From: Thermoplasmatota archaeon
GTDB taxonomy: Archaea > Thermoplasmatota > Thermoplasmata > UBA10834
Length of the DNA stretch: 64,000 nt
Assembly (NCBI GenBank): GCA_040751795.1
Contig: JBFMHR010000002.1
Span: 128,001 to 192,000, forward strand
Reading direction: 5' to 3'
Shown: positions 1 to 9,642 of the stretch, piece by piece
Position numbering within the stretch: position 1 is the first letter of the stretch
How the letters are laid out: each line of letters begins with the position of its first letter
Notes under the pieces: generated by a model
Databases searched by the model: none
What the model saw: the letters and a program-made list of their open reading frames with translations, nothing else
Told to the model about the DNA's origin: nothing
Position numbers and translations under genes: made by a program

Positions 1-385
1 TCTTCGCCCCCCAGGTCCTCAGGAACACGTCCCCCGCGTCCAGGTCGCCTATCGGGACGCTCGGGTCGGGGACGTTGGGTATGTTGAGCAGGAGGTCGTC
101 CCTCTCGCCCTCGATCCTCTTGACCTCCGCCTCCGTGAGCTTGATCTTCTCGGCGATGCCCTTCATCTCCGCGATCTTGGCCTGCTTCTCCTCCTTGGGG
201 AGCTTGGGCACCAGCTCGGAGACCTCGTTCCTGTGGCGCCTGAGGGCGTTCCCCTCCTCGGTGAGCGAGCGCCACCTCGAGTCGAGCTCCACGAACCTGT
301 CGAGGACGGACTCGTCGGACCTCCTGTTCTTCAGCGCCTGCCTGACGGCCTCCTCGTTCTCGCGGATGTACCTAGCGTCTAGCAT
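1..385 (-). CDS. serS: Seryl-tRNA synthetase, N-terminal part (runs off window edge)
   Basis: Manual translation MLDARYIRENEEAVRQALKNRR...LLLNIPNVPDPSVP matches the SerRS coiled-coil arm and PN motif; GGAGGTG SD upstream. Confidence 0.92.
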   Translation of the reverse strand, partial: MLDARYIRENEEAVRQALKNRRSDESVLDRFVELDSRWRSLTEEGNALRRHRNEVSELVPKLPKEEKQAKIAEMKGIAEKIKLTEAEVKRIEGERDDLLLNIPNVPDPSVPIGDLDAGDVFLRTWGAK

Positions 386-448
386 GCCTGGACACCTCCG
401 GACCGGTTGTCAACGTGCGTGTCCGTATTTAAACCCTGAGCAGGGCGC

Positions 449-706
449 TCACTCCTTGGCCAGCACCGCGGTCCTGCCGCGGACCTCCACGAGCACCGCG
501 GACGCCCTGGACGCGAGCGCCTCGGCCGCCCCGTGCCTGTCCTGCTCGACCGATGGCAGGAGGCGGACCTTCACGAGGCGCTTCGCCTTCAGCTGCTTCG
601 CCACCTCGGCCACGACGTCGTCCGTGACGCCGTCCTTCCCCACGTGCACGGTCGCCTCGATGTGCTGCGCGGCGCCCTTGAGCTGCGCCCTCCTCCTCTT
701 GTCCAT
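449..706 (-). CDS. yhbY: YhbY/CRM-domain RNA-binding protein
   Basis: VHVGKDGVT...LVKVR...VEVRGRTAVL; adjacent to Rpp21 as often seen in archaea. Confidence 0.9.
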   Translation of the reverse strand: MDKRRRAQLKGAAQHIEATVHVGKDGVTDDVVAEVAKQLKAKRLVKVRLLPSVEQDRHGAAEALASRASAVLVEVRGRTAVLAKE

Positions 707-710
707 CTCC

Positions 711-1031
711 TCACGCCCTCCCCTTCGCCCTCAGCGGGTACCTCTGGACATGGCCGCACATGAGGCACGTCATCGAGACCCTGCCGGAGCCGGTCCTGAC
801 CCTCACGTTCCTCGGGGGGACGAAGTAGGCGTGGCACTCGGGGCAGTAGGTCCTCTTGTGCGTCGCCCTCACCTTGTGCCTCTCGCTCATCCTCAGGGCC
901 AGGCCGACGTACCTCCTCGCCCTCGCGTCGTCGCCCCTCTTGGCCTCGACGGCCGCTTCGTAGAAGAGGATGTCCACCCTCTCCTCCGCGATGTCCTTCG
1001 CCCCTCTCTTGCTGACGTGTCTCCGGGCCAT
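711..1031 (-). CDS. rnp4: Ribonuclease P protein component 4 (Rpp21)
   Basis: IAEERVDILF, RRYV, zinc ribbon CPEC...CLMCGHVQRYP. Confidence 0.92.
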   Translation of the reverse strand: MARRHVSKRGAKDIAEERVDILFYEAAVEAKRGDDARARRYVGLALRMSERHKVRATHKRTYCPECHAYFVPPRNVRVRTGSGRVSMTCLMCGHVQRYPLRAKGRA

Positions 1032-1197
1032 CCGCCATTGTCAAGGGCTTGGTGATAGATATACCCCTGCCCCGGGCGCCGCGGTGCCAGATGGTGGCAG
1101 GGCGTGTCCCCGCGAATCCCCACGGGTCAGTGAGTTTTATATACGACTAGCCTTATCACGCAGACCTGGTATCAGTCTTACCACCAGGTGTCGGTCC

Positions 1198-1725
1198 ATG
1201 ACGCGGAAACCCGGGAGCATGTACAGGGAGATCAAGGGGCAGGCCTACTGCCGCAGGGAGTACATGGGAGGGGTTCCCGCCACGAGGATCACCCAGTTCG
1301 AGCACGGGGTCAAGGCGGACTACCCTGTCCGCATGACGCTCAGGGCCGTCGAGCAGTGCCAGATACGCCACATAGCCCTCGAGGCGGCCCGTATCTCGGC
1401 GAACAGGCTGCTGGCCAAGAAGATCGGCACCACGGGCTACCACCTCAAGATCAGGGTCTATCCCCACAACGTCCTCCGCGAGAACAAGATCGCGACGGGC
1501 GCGGGCGCTGACCGTATATCCGAGGGCATGAGGGCCGCGTTCGGCAAGCCCATCGGCACGGCCGCGAGGATCAAGCCCGACCAGGGGCTCATCACCCTCG
1601 AGACCACGGCCACGCACATCGCCACCGCGAAGCAGGCCCTGAAGAGGGCCGCCATCAAGCTCCCGACGCCGTGCTACATCGACGTCGAGAGGAGCCCGAA
1701 GAGCGTCGCGGCACCGGTCGCCTGA
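1198..1725 (+). CDS. rpl10e: 50S ribosomal protein L10e/uL16
   Basis: MTRKPGSMYR, ALEAARISANR, ENKIATGAGADRISEGMRAAFGKP; start taken at ATG 1198 after AGGTG SD. Confidence 0.97.
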   Translation: MTRKPGSMYREIKGQAYCRREYMGGVPATRITQFEHGVKADYPVRMTLRAVEQCQIRHIALEAARISANRLLAKKIGTTGYHLKIRVYPHNVLRENKIATGAGADRISEGMRAAFGKPIGTAARIKPDQGLITLETTATHIATAKQALKRAAIKLPTPCYIDVERSPKSVAAPVA

Positions 1726-1840
1726 GCCGCGGACGGCCTAGGAGCGCACAACGTTTTTTACAGGGGGCCACTTTACACCCTCTTGTCCACCCGGGCGGTG
1801 CGCGCCGAATCCCCCGCGCGGGCGGAGGGGGGCGAAGCAG

Positions 1841-2836
1841 TTGTTCGATGTTGACCTCGCTGCCGCGATATCGGAGCTGAAGAGGATCAAGGCGAGGGTC
1901 GTCGCCCTGCAGGTCCCCGAGGGCCTGAAGAGGCGCGCATACCAGTACGCCGAGGACATCGAGAAGAAGTCCGGCTCCGAGGTGGTCGTCGTGGCCGAGC
2001 CGTGCTTCGGCGCGTGCGACGTCCCCAGCTCGCTGTTCGAGATGGTCGACGCGGTCGTGCACATAGGCCACTCGCCCATCCCGTCGCTGAGGTTCGGCAA
2101 GCCCGTCATATTCGTCTCGGCGCTGTCCAAGGCCCCCATGGGGGACCAGCTCAAGAAGTCCGTGGACCTCCTCAAGGAGCCGGTCGGGGTCCTTTCCACT
2201 ACGCCGCACCTCGCGGAGCTCGACTCGGTGGTCGAGGGGCTCGAGAGCCTGGGCCTCAAGGTCCGCCTGGGCGAGGGGGACGGGAGGATCTCCCACGCGG
2301 GGGAGGTCCTGGGCTGCAACTACTCGTCCGCGCACTCGGTGGCCAAGGAGGTCAACTCCTACCTGCTCATAGGCAGCGGGACCTTCCACGCGCTCGGGGT
2401 CCACCTCGCGACCGGGAAGAAGGTCGTCGTCCTGGACCCGCACCTGGAGGACCCTGTCGAGATCGACCAGGTCAAGGACAAGATACTCCGCCAGAGGCAC
2501 GCGGTCATAGAGAGGGCGCAGAGGGCCAGGACGTTCGGGATCATCATAGGCGAGAAGGTCGGCCAGAGGAGGCTTCAGAGGGCCAGGGAGCTCAGGAAGC
2601 TCCTCCGGTGGAAGCGCAGGGATGCGGTCCTCATAATGATGGACAAGTTCGACCCCGAGAAGCTCAAGTCCCTGGGCTTCGACGCCTATGTCTCCACCGC
2701 GTGCCCGAGGATCGCGATCGACGACGTGATGATGTACGACAAGCCGCTCCTGACGCCGCAGGAGCTCGAGATCGTCCTGGGAGTGAGGAACTGGGAGAAC
2801 TACGTCTTCGACCAGATGACCGAGGACGAGGTATAG
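1841..2836 (+). CDS. dph2: Diphthamide biosynthesis radical-SAM-like enzyme Dph2
   Basis: LQVPEGLK, CFGACD, VLGCN, STACPRIAIDD (three Fe-S cysteines). Confidence 0.95.
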   Translation: MFDVDLAAAISELKRIKARVVALQVPEGLKRRAYQYAEDIEKKSGSEVVVVAEPCFGACDVPSSLFEMVDAVVHIGHSPIPSLRFGKPVIFVSALSKAPMGDQLKKSVDLLKEPVGVLSTTPHLAELDSVVEGLESLGLKVRLGEGDGRISHAGEVLGCNYSSAHSVAKEVNSYLLIGSGTFHALGVHLATGKKVVVLDPHLEDPVEIDQVKDKILRQRHAVIERAQRARTFGIIIGEKVGQRRLQRARELRKLLRWKRRDAVLIMMDKFDPEKLKSLGFDAYVSTACPRIAIDDVMMYDKPLLTPQELEIVLGVRNWENYVFDQMTEDEV

Positions 2837-2850
2837 GCGGTGCCCTCCAG

Positions 2851-3618
2851 ATGGATGTCCCGGGTCTGATGTCCTGCGGGTGCTCGAGCGGGTCGACCGT
2901 GGGCATAGGCGTGCCCGAGGCCCAGCTCACCGCGACCGCGGCGAGGCTGCGCGGGCTGGGGTGCGCCGTGAGGCTGGAGCGTTTCGACTCCGCGGGCGCC
3001 CTCGTCCGCGCCCTCCGCGACGGCTCGGTCGACGCGGCGGTGAGGGGGACCCTGTCCTCCTCCGACTCGGTCCGGGAGCTGAAGGGCGCCTTCGGCCTCG
3101 GGGAGGTCATGCGCGTCGCGGTGCTGGCCGACAGGACCCGCAGGCCGTTCCTCCTCGCGCCCGTGGGCATAGACGAGGGGAGGGACCTCCAGGGCAGGCT
3201 CAGGCTGGCCATGGCAGCGTCCGCCTACTTCGGGCAGGCCGGCTGGAGCCTCTCGGCGGGGGTCCTCTCCAGGGGGAGGCCCGAGGACGCGGGAAGGGGC
3301 GAGGACATCCGCCGGAGCCTGGAGGAGGGGGAGGCGCTCGCGTCTGAGCTCACCGGGTCGGGGATGGACGCGCGGCACTACGCGATACTCGTGGAGCAGG
3401 CCGTCTCGGAGAGGGACCTGGTCATCGCCCCCGACGGCGTGTCGGGCAACCTGATGTTCAGGACGCTCCACCTGGTCGGCGGGTGCGAGGCGTACGGCGC
3501 CCCCGTGGTGAACATCCCCAGGGTGTTCGTGGACACCACGAGGGCCAAGGCGGACTTCTCGGACGCTGTCATGCTCGCGGCGGGCCTGGCACTGCGCATC
3601 GGCAGGGGCCGGCCGTGA
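2851..3618 (+). CDS. mtxX: MtxX / methanogenesis marker 4 family protein (phosphotransacetylase-like fold)
   Basis: DAAVRGTLSS, LLAPVGIDEG, APDGVSGNLMFRTL, VFVDTTRA; start at ATG 2851, not the 2002 shadow extension. Confidence 0.8.
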   Translation: MDVPGLMSCGCSSGSTVGIGVPEAQLTATAARLRGLGCAVRLERFDSAGALVRALRDGSVDAAVRGTLSSSDSVRELKGAFGLGEVMRVAVLADRTRRPFLLAPVGIDEGRDLQGRLRLAMAASAYFGQAGWSLSAGVLSRGRPEDAGRGEDIRRSLEEGEALASELTGSGMDARHYAILVEQAVSERDLVIAPDGVSGNLMFRTLHLVGGCEAYGAPVVNIPRVFVDTTRAKADFSDAVMLAAGLALRIGRGRP

Positions 3619-3653
3619 AACTATTTTAAGGGCCCCCGAGCTATCCCAGTCCG

Positions 3654-4121
3654 ATGAGGCTGGAGATAAACGGCTGGGTCTCGAAGATAACCTTCTCCGC
3701 GACCCACCTGATCGCCGGGCACTCCAAGTGCGGCAGGCTGCACGGCCACGACTACGCCATCAACGCGGTCATAGAGGGCGAGGTCGGCGGGGACGGCGTC
3801 ATAATGGACTTCATAGACGTCAAGGAGTTCCTAAGGGGCGTGGCGTCGGAGCTCGACCACAAGGTCCTGGTCCCGGGGAACGACCGGTCCGTCGTGGTGA
3901 GCGGCGAGTCCGTCAGGTATTCGGCGGGGGGGAAGTCCTACGAGTTCCCGCGGTCCGACTGCGTCCTGCTGGACGTGTCCGTGACATCGGCCGAGGAGCT
4001 GTCGGAGTGGGTCATCAGGCGGCTCCTCGAGAAGGTCGAGTTCCCGGGGAACGTCAAGAGGGTCGAGGTCGGCGTGGACGAGGGGAGGGGCCAGGGCGTC
4101 TGGACCTCCAGGGACCTCTGA
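3654..4121 (+). CDS. queD: 6-carboxytetrahydropterin synthase
   Basis: FSATH...KCGRLHGHDY...MDF...LDHK...TSAEEL; in operon with queC and queE. Confidence 0.9.
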   Translation: MRLEINGWVSKITFSATHLIAGHSKCGRLHGHDYAINAVIEGEVGGDGVIMDFIDVKEFLRGVASELDHKVLVPGNDRSVVVSGESVRYSAGGKSYEFPRSDCVLLDVSVTSAEELSEWVIRRLLEKVEFPGNVKRVEVGVDEGRGQGVWTSRDL

Positions 4122-4128
4122 CCGGGGG

Positions 4129-4824
4129 ATGGCTGAATTGTCCAAGGCTGTCGTTCTGCTCTCTGGCGGGCTCGATTCCTCCACGGTGCTGGCCATCGCC
4201 CGGGAGAGGGGCCACGAGGCCGTGGCGCTCACATTCGACTACGGGCAGAGGCACGACAGGGAGATACGCTGCGCGAGGGAGGTGGCCAAGGCGCTGGGCG
4301 CGGTCGAGCACATAGTGCTCCAGATCCCCCTGGGGCCTCTGATGGACAGCTCGTTGACGCACGCAGACCGTGCCGTGCCGGAGGGCCGTTCGAGGGAGGA
4401 CATCGCCGGGGGCATCCCGAACACATATGTCCCGTCGAGGAACATCATATTCCTGAGCATCGCGGCCTCGGTCGCGGAGAGCATGGGCGCCGAGTCGGTG
4501 TTCATCGCGGCGAACGCTGTCGACTTCAGCGGGTACCCCGACTGCACCCCTGAGTTCATCCAGGCGTTCCAGAGGGTCATGGACGTCGGGACCAAGGCGG
4601 GCAAGGGGGGCCGGCCTGTGAGGATCGAGGCCCCGGTCATCCGCATGACGAAGGCCGGGATCGTGAAGGAGGCCGTCAGGCTGGGCGTCCCGCTGGAGCT
4701 CACCTGGAGCTGCTACAAGGGGGGCGAGAGAGCATGTGGAGCGTGCGACTCGTGCCTCCTCAGGCTTGAGGGGTTCAGGCAGGCGGGAGAGGTGGACCCG
4801 CTGGACTACGAGGTGAGGCCATGA
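4129..4824 (+). CDS. queC: 7-cyano-7-deazaguanine synthase
   Basis: SGGLDS, YGQRH, TYVPSRN, YPDC, TWSCY, CGACDSC. Confidence 0.97.
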   Translation: MAELSKAVVLLSGGLDSSTVLAIARERGHEAVALTFDYGQRHDREIRCAREVAKALGAVEHIVLQIPLGPLMDSSLTHADRAVPEGRSREDIAGGIPNTYVPSRNIIFLSIAASVAESMGAESVFIAANAVDFSGYPDCTPEFIQAFQRVMDVGTKAGKGGRPVRIEAPVIRMTKAGIVKEAVRLGVPLELTWSCYKGGERACGACDSCLLRLEGFRQAGEVDPLDYEVRP

Positions 4825-5450
4825 AGGTGTACTCGATATTCAGGTCGATCCAGGGGGAGGGCAGGACCATGGGGGCGCCCACGGTGTTCGTGAGGACCTC
4901 CGGCTGCCCTCTCAGGTGCACTTACTGCGACACGAAGCAGGCCTACGAGGAGGGCTCGGTGATGAGCATCGAGTCCATCATGAAGGAGGTGCGGAAGCAC
5001 AAGGCCCGCCACGTCTGCCTCACAGGCGGGGAGCCCCTCATGCAGAGGGACGCCCCTGCCCTGATAAGGAAGCTGCTGGAGGCGGGCTACAGGGTGGTCG
5101 TGGAGACCAACGGGGCGATGCCGCTGGACGACATGCCCTGCGACGACAACCTCTCAATCAGCATGGACATCAAGTGCCCATCATCGGGCGAGGCCGAGAA
5201 GATGCTCTTCGAGAACATGGAGATGCTCGGCCCGATGGACCAGCTGAAGTTCGTCGTCTCGGACAAGGCGGACTACGAGTACGCGAAGGAGGTCATCCGG
5301 GAGCACCCGCCCAAGTGCGACGTGATACTCACCCCGGTCGGCGGGAAGGACCTCCGTTGGCTCGCGGAGAGCGCCTTGAAGGACGGCCTGGACGTGCGCG
5401 TCATGCCCCAGCTGCACAAGATCATATGGGGCGAAGAGGACAACCGGTGA
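4821..5450 (+). CDS. queE: 7-carboxy-7-deazaguanine synthase (radical SAM)
   Basis: SIQGEG, FVRTSGCPLRCTYCDT, TGGEP, ETNG, PQLHK; ATGA overlap with queC. Confidence 0.95.
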   Translation: MKVYSIFRSIQGEGRTMGAPTVFVRTSGCPLRCTYCDTKQAYEEGSVMSIESIMKEVRKHKARHVCLTGGEPLMQRDAPALIRKLLEAGYRVVVETNGAMPLDDMPCDDNLSISMDIKCPSSGEAEKMLFENMEMLGPMDQLKFVVSDKADYEYAKEVIREHPPKCDVILTPVGGKDLRWLAESALKDGLDVRVMPQLHKIIWGEEDNR

Positions 5451-5459
5451 CGCCCATCC

Positions 5460-7298
5460 TCAGCCCCTGAACACGGGCCTCTTGGACAGCAGCCTCGGGA
5501 GGGGGAGCCTGGCGCCTGGATAGCCCTTGGTGAGCCTCTCCATCTCCGACCTGATGTCCTCCCTCGACATTTCCTTGACCTCGCCGGAGCGGAGCCTCGC
5601 GGGTATCCTCCCCGACGCCCTCTCCTTCTCGCCCAGCACCACGATCATCGGGATCCACTCCATCTCCGCGTTCCGGATCTTCTTCCCGACCTTGTCGTCG
5701 GTGTCGTCTATGTCGACCCTGCCGGGCAGGGAGTCGGCGAGCGTCGCGCAGTCCGCGACGAAGTCCTTGCTCACGGGTATGAGCCTCACCTGCGTCGGCG
5801 AGAGCCAGAAAGGCAGGCTCGGCTTCTCGTGCTTGAGCGCCTCCTCGAGCAGGACGTACATCCAGCGCTCTATCGACCCTATCGAAGAGTGGGTGATGAT
5901 GCAGCCGCGCTTCTTCCCCTCGGAGTCGGCGTAGACGATCCCGTACCTCTCGGCGTCGGCGACGTCCAGCTGGACCGTGCTGAGCTGGACGGAGCCGCCC
6001 ACGGAGTCGATTCCCTGGAACTCGTGCTTGACGGCCCAGTAGTGCTTCATCTCGGAGAGGACCTCTATCAGCGCGGGCTTGCCCGAGTACTTCAGCAGCT
6101 CGACTATGTTCTGCTTGTACTTGTCGTAGAACTCCTTGACGACCCTGAACGCCACTGCGTACTCCACGCCCGTCGCGTCGGCCAGCTCCCCGTAGCTCCG
6201 GTACAGGAGCATGTACTCCTTCCAGCCCTCGTCTATGTCGGCCACGAAGCAGTGCACGTCCGGCATGTGGAAGGCCCGCAGCCTCTTGAGCCCCGTCAGC
6301 TCGCCCCTCTGCTCGAGCCTGAAGCTCTTGGAGAACTCGTACACCCTGAGGGGCAGGTTCCTGTAGCTCAGGGTGGCGCCCTTCAGCATCCTGAAGAGGC
6401 CGAAGTCCCCGGCGAACCTGAGGACGAACTCCCTCTTCTCGTCGGTCCTGAGGGTGTAGTGCCTCTCGTGGAAGGACATCCCCTGGCTCCTGATGTCCGG
6501 CATGGACCAGTCGTAGAGGATGGGCGTGTCTATCTGGACGGCCCCGATCCTGTCGAGGGCGATCTCCTCGGCCCACCTCTCCAGGAGCTTGAATATCAGG
6601 TGCCCCTTGGGGAACATCCTGAAGTGGCCCCGGTCGCTCGCCTCCTCGTAGTCGACCAGCTCGAGCCTCTGCATCGCCTTGATGGACGGCGGCTCGACGC
6701 CCTTCGACCTCCCGATCTCCTCGGATATGATGAACGTCTTGAGGGACGGGTACTTGTCAAGGAACCCAAGCGAGTCGGCGTCCTCGAGGTCCACCGGGAT
6801 CTCCTCCCCCTCCGGCGTCAGGACGAAGAACTCGCTCCTGATCTTCTCCACGACCTCCTCCCTCGTCTTGGCCGGCCCGGCCCCGAACTCCCTCGAGAGC
6901 TCGGACAGGGGGTGCCCCTTGCACCTGATGTCGAACGCCTTGTACCAGCCGAAGGGGGACCTGTGGACGTCGATGCCCTTCGAGGAGATCGCGGCCTCGG
7001 TCGCCTTGAGGACGGCTATGGCCTGCTCCGGCCCGGCCAGTTCGGAGCTGAGGTGCGCGTACGGGTAGAGGACCACGCTCCTCGCCTCCACCTTGCCGAA
7101 GACCTCCGCGACGTCGGCCGCGGCGACCTCGGCCACCGCCTCCGCGTCGTCGTCCGAGGACTCGACCGTCGTGAACACGACCAGAGGCTCCTTGAACGCG
7201 TGCTTCCTGGGGGCGCCCTCCGGCAGCTCCTCCGCCATCTTGGTCGGGTCCTTGACCTCGTACTCGAAACTGTCCGCGTGAATGAGGAGTACCCTCAT
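5460..7298 (-). CDS. thrS: Threonyl-tRNA synthetase, archaeal type with N-terminal editing domain
   Basis: LYPYAHLS, PFGWYK, CKGHPLSELS, FRLEQRGE, RLRAFHMPDVH, GSIER. Confidence 0.96.
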   Translation of the reverse strand: MRVLLIHADSFEYEVKDPTKMAEELPEGAPRKHAFKEPLVVFTTVESSDDDAEAVAEVAAADVAEVFGKVEARSVVLYPYAHLSSELAGPEQAIAVLKATEAAISSKGIDVHRSPFGWYKAFDIRCKGHPLSELSREFGAGPAKTREEVVEKIRSEFFVLTPEGEEIPVDLEDADSLGFLDKYPSLKTFIISEEIGRSKGVEPPSIKAMQRLELVDYEEASDRGHFRMFPKGHLIFKLLERWAEEIALDRIGAVQIDTPILYDWSMPDIRSQGMSFHERHYTLRTDEKREFVLRFAGDFGLFRMLKGATLSYRNLPLRVYEFSKSFRLEQRGELTGLKRLRAFHMPDVHCFVADIDEGWKEYMLLYRSYGELADATGVEYAVAFRVVKEFYDKYKQNIVELLKYSGKPALIEVLSEMKHYWAVKHEFQGIDSVGGSVQLSTVQLDVADAERYGIVYADSEGKKRGCIITHSSIGSIERWMYVLLEEALKHEKPSLPFWLSPTQVRLIPVSKDFVADCATLADSLPGRVDIDDTDDKVGKKIRNAEMEWIPMIVVLGEKERASGRIPARLRSGEVKEMSREDIRSEMERLTKGYPGARLPLPRLLSKRPVFRG

Positions 7299-7423
7299 CT
7301 GTACCGCCTAACCGCCGATGAAATGACGAGGACCGTATTAAAAGGATGCACAGGCCCCAGACCGCCCAGGGGGCGAAATATACATGGGCGTGGGGCGATA
7401 CGGGTTTCAACATCGGACACGAG

Positions 7424-8554
7424 ATGGGAGGCACTCAGTTGCAGGACGGCGGCGCTTCGGGGGCGGACGTCGGGACGGCCGACCCCAGGAACCATGGGCA
7501 CGACGAGGTGGGGAAGGCCAAGGCCTTCAAGGGGATATGCGTCGCCCTCCCCCACAAGGGCAAGCCCGTGAAGATCTACGGCAACAGCCCCGCGGAGTTC
7601 ATCTCGACCCTCCAGGGCTCGAGCCTGGGCTGGGTCAACTTCACGGTCTCCGACCTGGCCTCGGAGGGCACCGAGGTCGCTGTGAAGTTCGGCTTCAGCG
7701 CCTCGCTGGTTCCGACGCTCCTGAAGGGGTACTACGCGTCCTTCGAGGACCTCGACACGGAGATGGGAATCATGGTCCCCGCCGTGAAGGTGTCCGGCCT
7801 CGAGGTCGAGGCGTTCCCGCTCATACTGCTGGTCAGGAAGGACCTCATCGTCACCCTCCACAGCAAGGACGTGGAGAGGCTGGTCCTGTTCTCCAGGTAC
7901 GCCGACTCTTTCCTGAGGAAGCTGCCGGAGGGGATGTCGCTCGGCGACCGGCTCACCATGATGCTGGTGAGGATACTCGACGAGAACAACTCGCACAACT
8001 TCGAGCACGTCAGGGAGATAGAGGAGCAGGCCGACGCGATGAGCGAGCTGCTGCTGGACCCGGAATCCCCGAGGATGGAGATCGGAAGGAAGATATACGA
8101 GCTGAAGCACGCCCTCATCACCTACCTCAACACCCTCTGGAGGACCATGGACGTCCTCCACTCCCTGAGGTACGGCGACGCGGAGCTCATAGCCGACAAC
8201 CCCAAGACTCTCGCCAAGGTCGGCCTCCTGGTGGAGGACGTGAACAGGCAGATCTCCCTGAGCGAGCACATGTCCGAGGTCCTCGCGTCCGGGCTGGAGG
8301 TCCTCCAGGCGCTCTACAACAACCAGCTCCAGACCCTCAACAACCGCATGGCGCTCACGATGACCTGGCTCACGATCCTCGGCACGGCCGTACTCGTCCC
8401 GAACACCATCGCGACGGTGGTCGGTTCCCTGGGTGGCATGGACAGCACGATGCTGTTCTGGTACGGCACGGTGCTCGTCCTGGCGACCCTCAACTCGACA
8501 TACCTGGCATACTGGTGGGTCAAGCGCTGGGTCCACCTCCCCCGGGGCGGATGA
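7424..8554 (+). CDS. CorA/ZntB-family divalent cation transporter (start uncertain; ATG 7424 or TTG 7439)
   Basis: Large soluble domain, long helix ending LNNRM, two C-terminal TM helices. Confidence 0.8.
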   Translation: MGGTQLQDGGASGADVGTADPRNHGHDEVGKAKAFKGICVALPHKGKPVKIYGNSPAEFISTLQGSSLGWVNFTVSDLASEGTEVAVKFGFSASLVPTLLKGYYASFEDLDTEMGIMVPAVKVSGLEVEAFPLILLVRKDLIVTLHSKDVERLVLFSRYADSFLRKLPEGMSLGDRLTMMLVRILDENNSHNFEHVREIEEQADAMSELLLDPESPRMEIGRKIYELKHALITYLNTLWRTMDVLHSLRYGDAELIADNPKTLAKVGLLVEDVNRQISLSEHMSEVLASGLEVLQALYNNQLQTLNNRMALTMTWLTILGTAVLVPNTIATVVGSLGGMDSTMLFWYGTVLVLATLNSTYLAYWWVKRWVHLPRGG

Positions 8555-8612
8555 GCCCGGGCCCCTCCGGACACTTCGCCGGAACCCTTTTCAACTAGCT
8601 CGGGGCATAGGT

Positions 8613-9008
8613 ATGCCGAGGACTGGAAACTTGAAGGAATTCGATGTCTTCGTCCAGGACAAGCCAGGGGAGCTGGCCAAGGTGTGCGAGATCCTCGGCA
8701 ACAACGGGGTGAACATCAAGGGGATCGCGAGCGAGAGGAACAACTCCCGCCCCCTGATCAGGGTCGTGACCGACGACGAGGCCACCGCGAAGGCCGCCCT
8801 GACACGGTCCGGGATAGGCTTCGATCTCAGGGACGTCATCCCCATAAGGCTCCCCGACAAGCCCGGCGAGCTGGGGAAGGTCGCCAAGAAGCTGGCCAGG
8901 GCGATGGTGAACGTCGATTCCATATTCATCCTCGGGAAGGACAGCGGCCACACCGAGATGGTGCTCACGGTCGACAACAAGAAGAAGGCCGAAGAGGCGC
9001 TGAAGTAG
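8613..9008 (+). CDS. Tandem ACT-domain protein
   Basis: Two DKPGEL.KV...L...VN repeats. Confidence 0.85.
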   Translation: MPRTGNLKEFDVFVQDKPGELAKVCEILGNNGVNIKGIASERNNSRPLIRVVTDDEATAKAALTRSGIGFDLRDVIPIRLPDKPGELGKVAKKLARAMVNVDSIFILGKDSGHTEMVLTVDNKKKAEEALK

Positions 9009-9048
9009 CCCCGCCGCCGCTTCGTTGAATCCCATCCGCCCAGACGCA

Positions 9049-9444
9049 TCACTCGAGGCTCTTCCCTCGCCTCACGAGGATCTCCTCGAGCAGGTTCCTG
9101 GCCTCCCTCACCTTGGCCAGTTCCTCGTGCGACAGGTCCAGCCTCAGCAGGTGGGACCACACCTTTGAGAGGGAGTGATAGGATTCCTTAATCAGCTCGA
9201 GGTCCTCGTCCATGGGGGACGGGGCCTCAGCTGGCTTCTCCTCGGTGAGCCTGTAGATCGCGTTCCTCCCGACCTTCGTCCTCCTCACCACCCCCTTCCT
9301 CTCGAGCTTCTGGAGCGCCTGGGTCGCGCCGGACTGGGTTATCCTCAGCTCCGACGCCAGCAGGGTCGGCGAGTTGATGCCGCGGCCCAGTATCTCCACG
9401 ATGTGCCTCTCCCGGTCGGTCAGAGTCATGTTCACACCATCCAT
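9049..9444 (-). CDS. Winged-helix (MarR/ArsR-like) DNA-binding protein with C-terminal helical extension
   Basis: LTDRERHIVEIL...SPTLLASELRITQSGATQALQKLERKGVVRR...YRL. Confidence 0.85.
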   Translation of the reverse strand: MDGVNMTLTDRERHIVEILGRGINSPTLLASELRITQSGATQALQKLERKGVVRRTKVGRNAIYRLTEEKPAEAPSPMDEDLELIKESYHSLSKVWSHLLRLDLSHEELAKVREARNLLEEILVRRGKSLE

Positions 9445-9642
9445 AAGTGAAATATTAGTCGTGACTTATGCGTGCTTAATCGGGCTTATGCTTCGCACTC
9501 CGTCCTCCTAATTGCTGACGGCATACAATACTGTTTCGGACCTTGGCCAGATAGGGCGATGCTGGCCGCTTAACGGAATCCGTGAAGCGTAAGTGATCCT
9601 TCCGCAGGCCCTGCACCACCGCCGGGGCCCGGAGGAGCTCGC

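Noticed and set aside
389-425. GGACAC/GTGTCC hairpin over the serS SD
   Set aside because: The 5' arm lies too close to the TATA box to be transcribed
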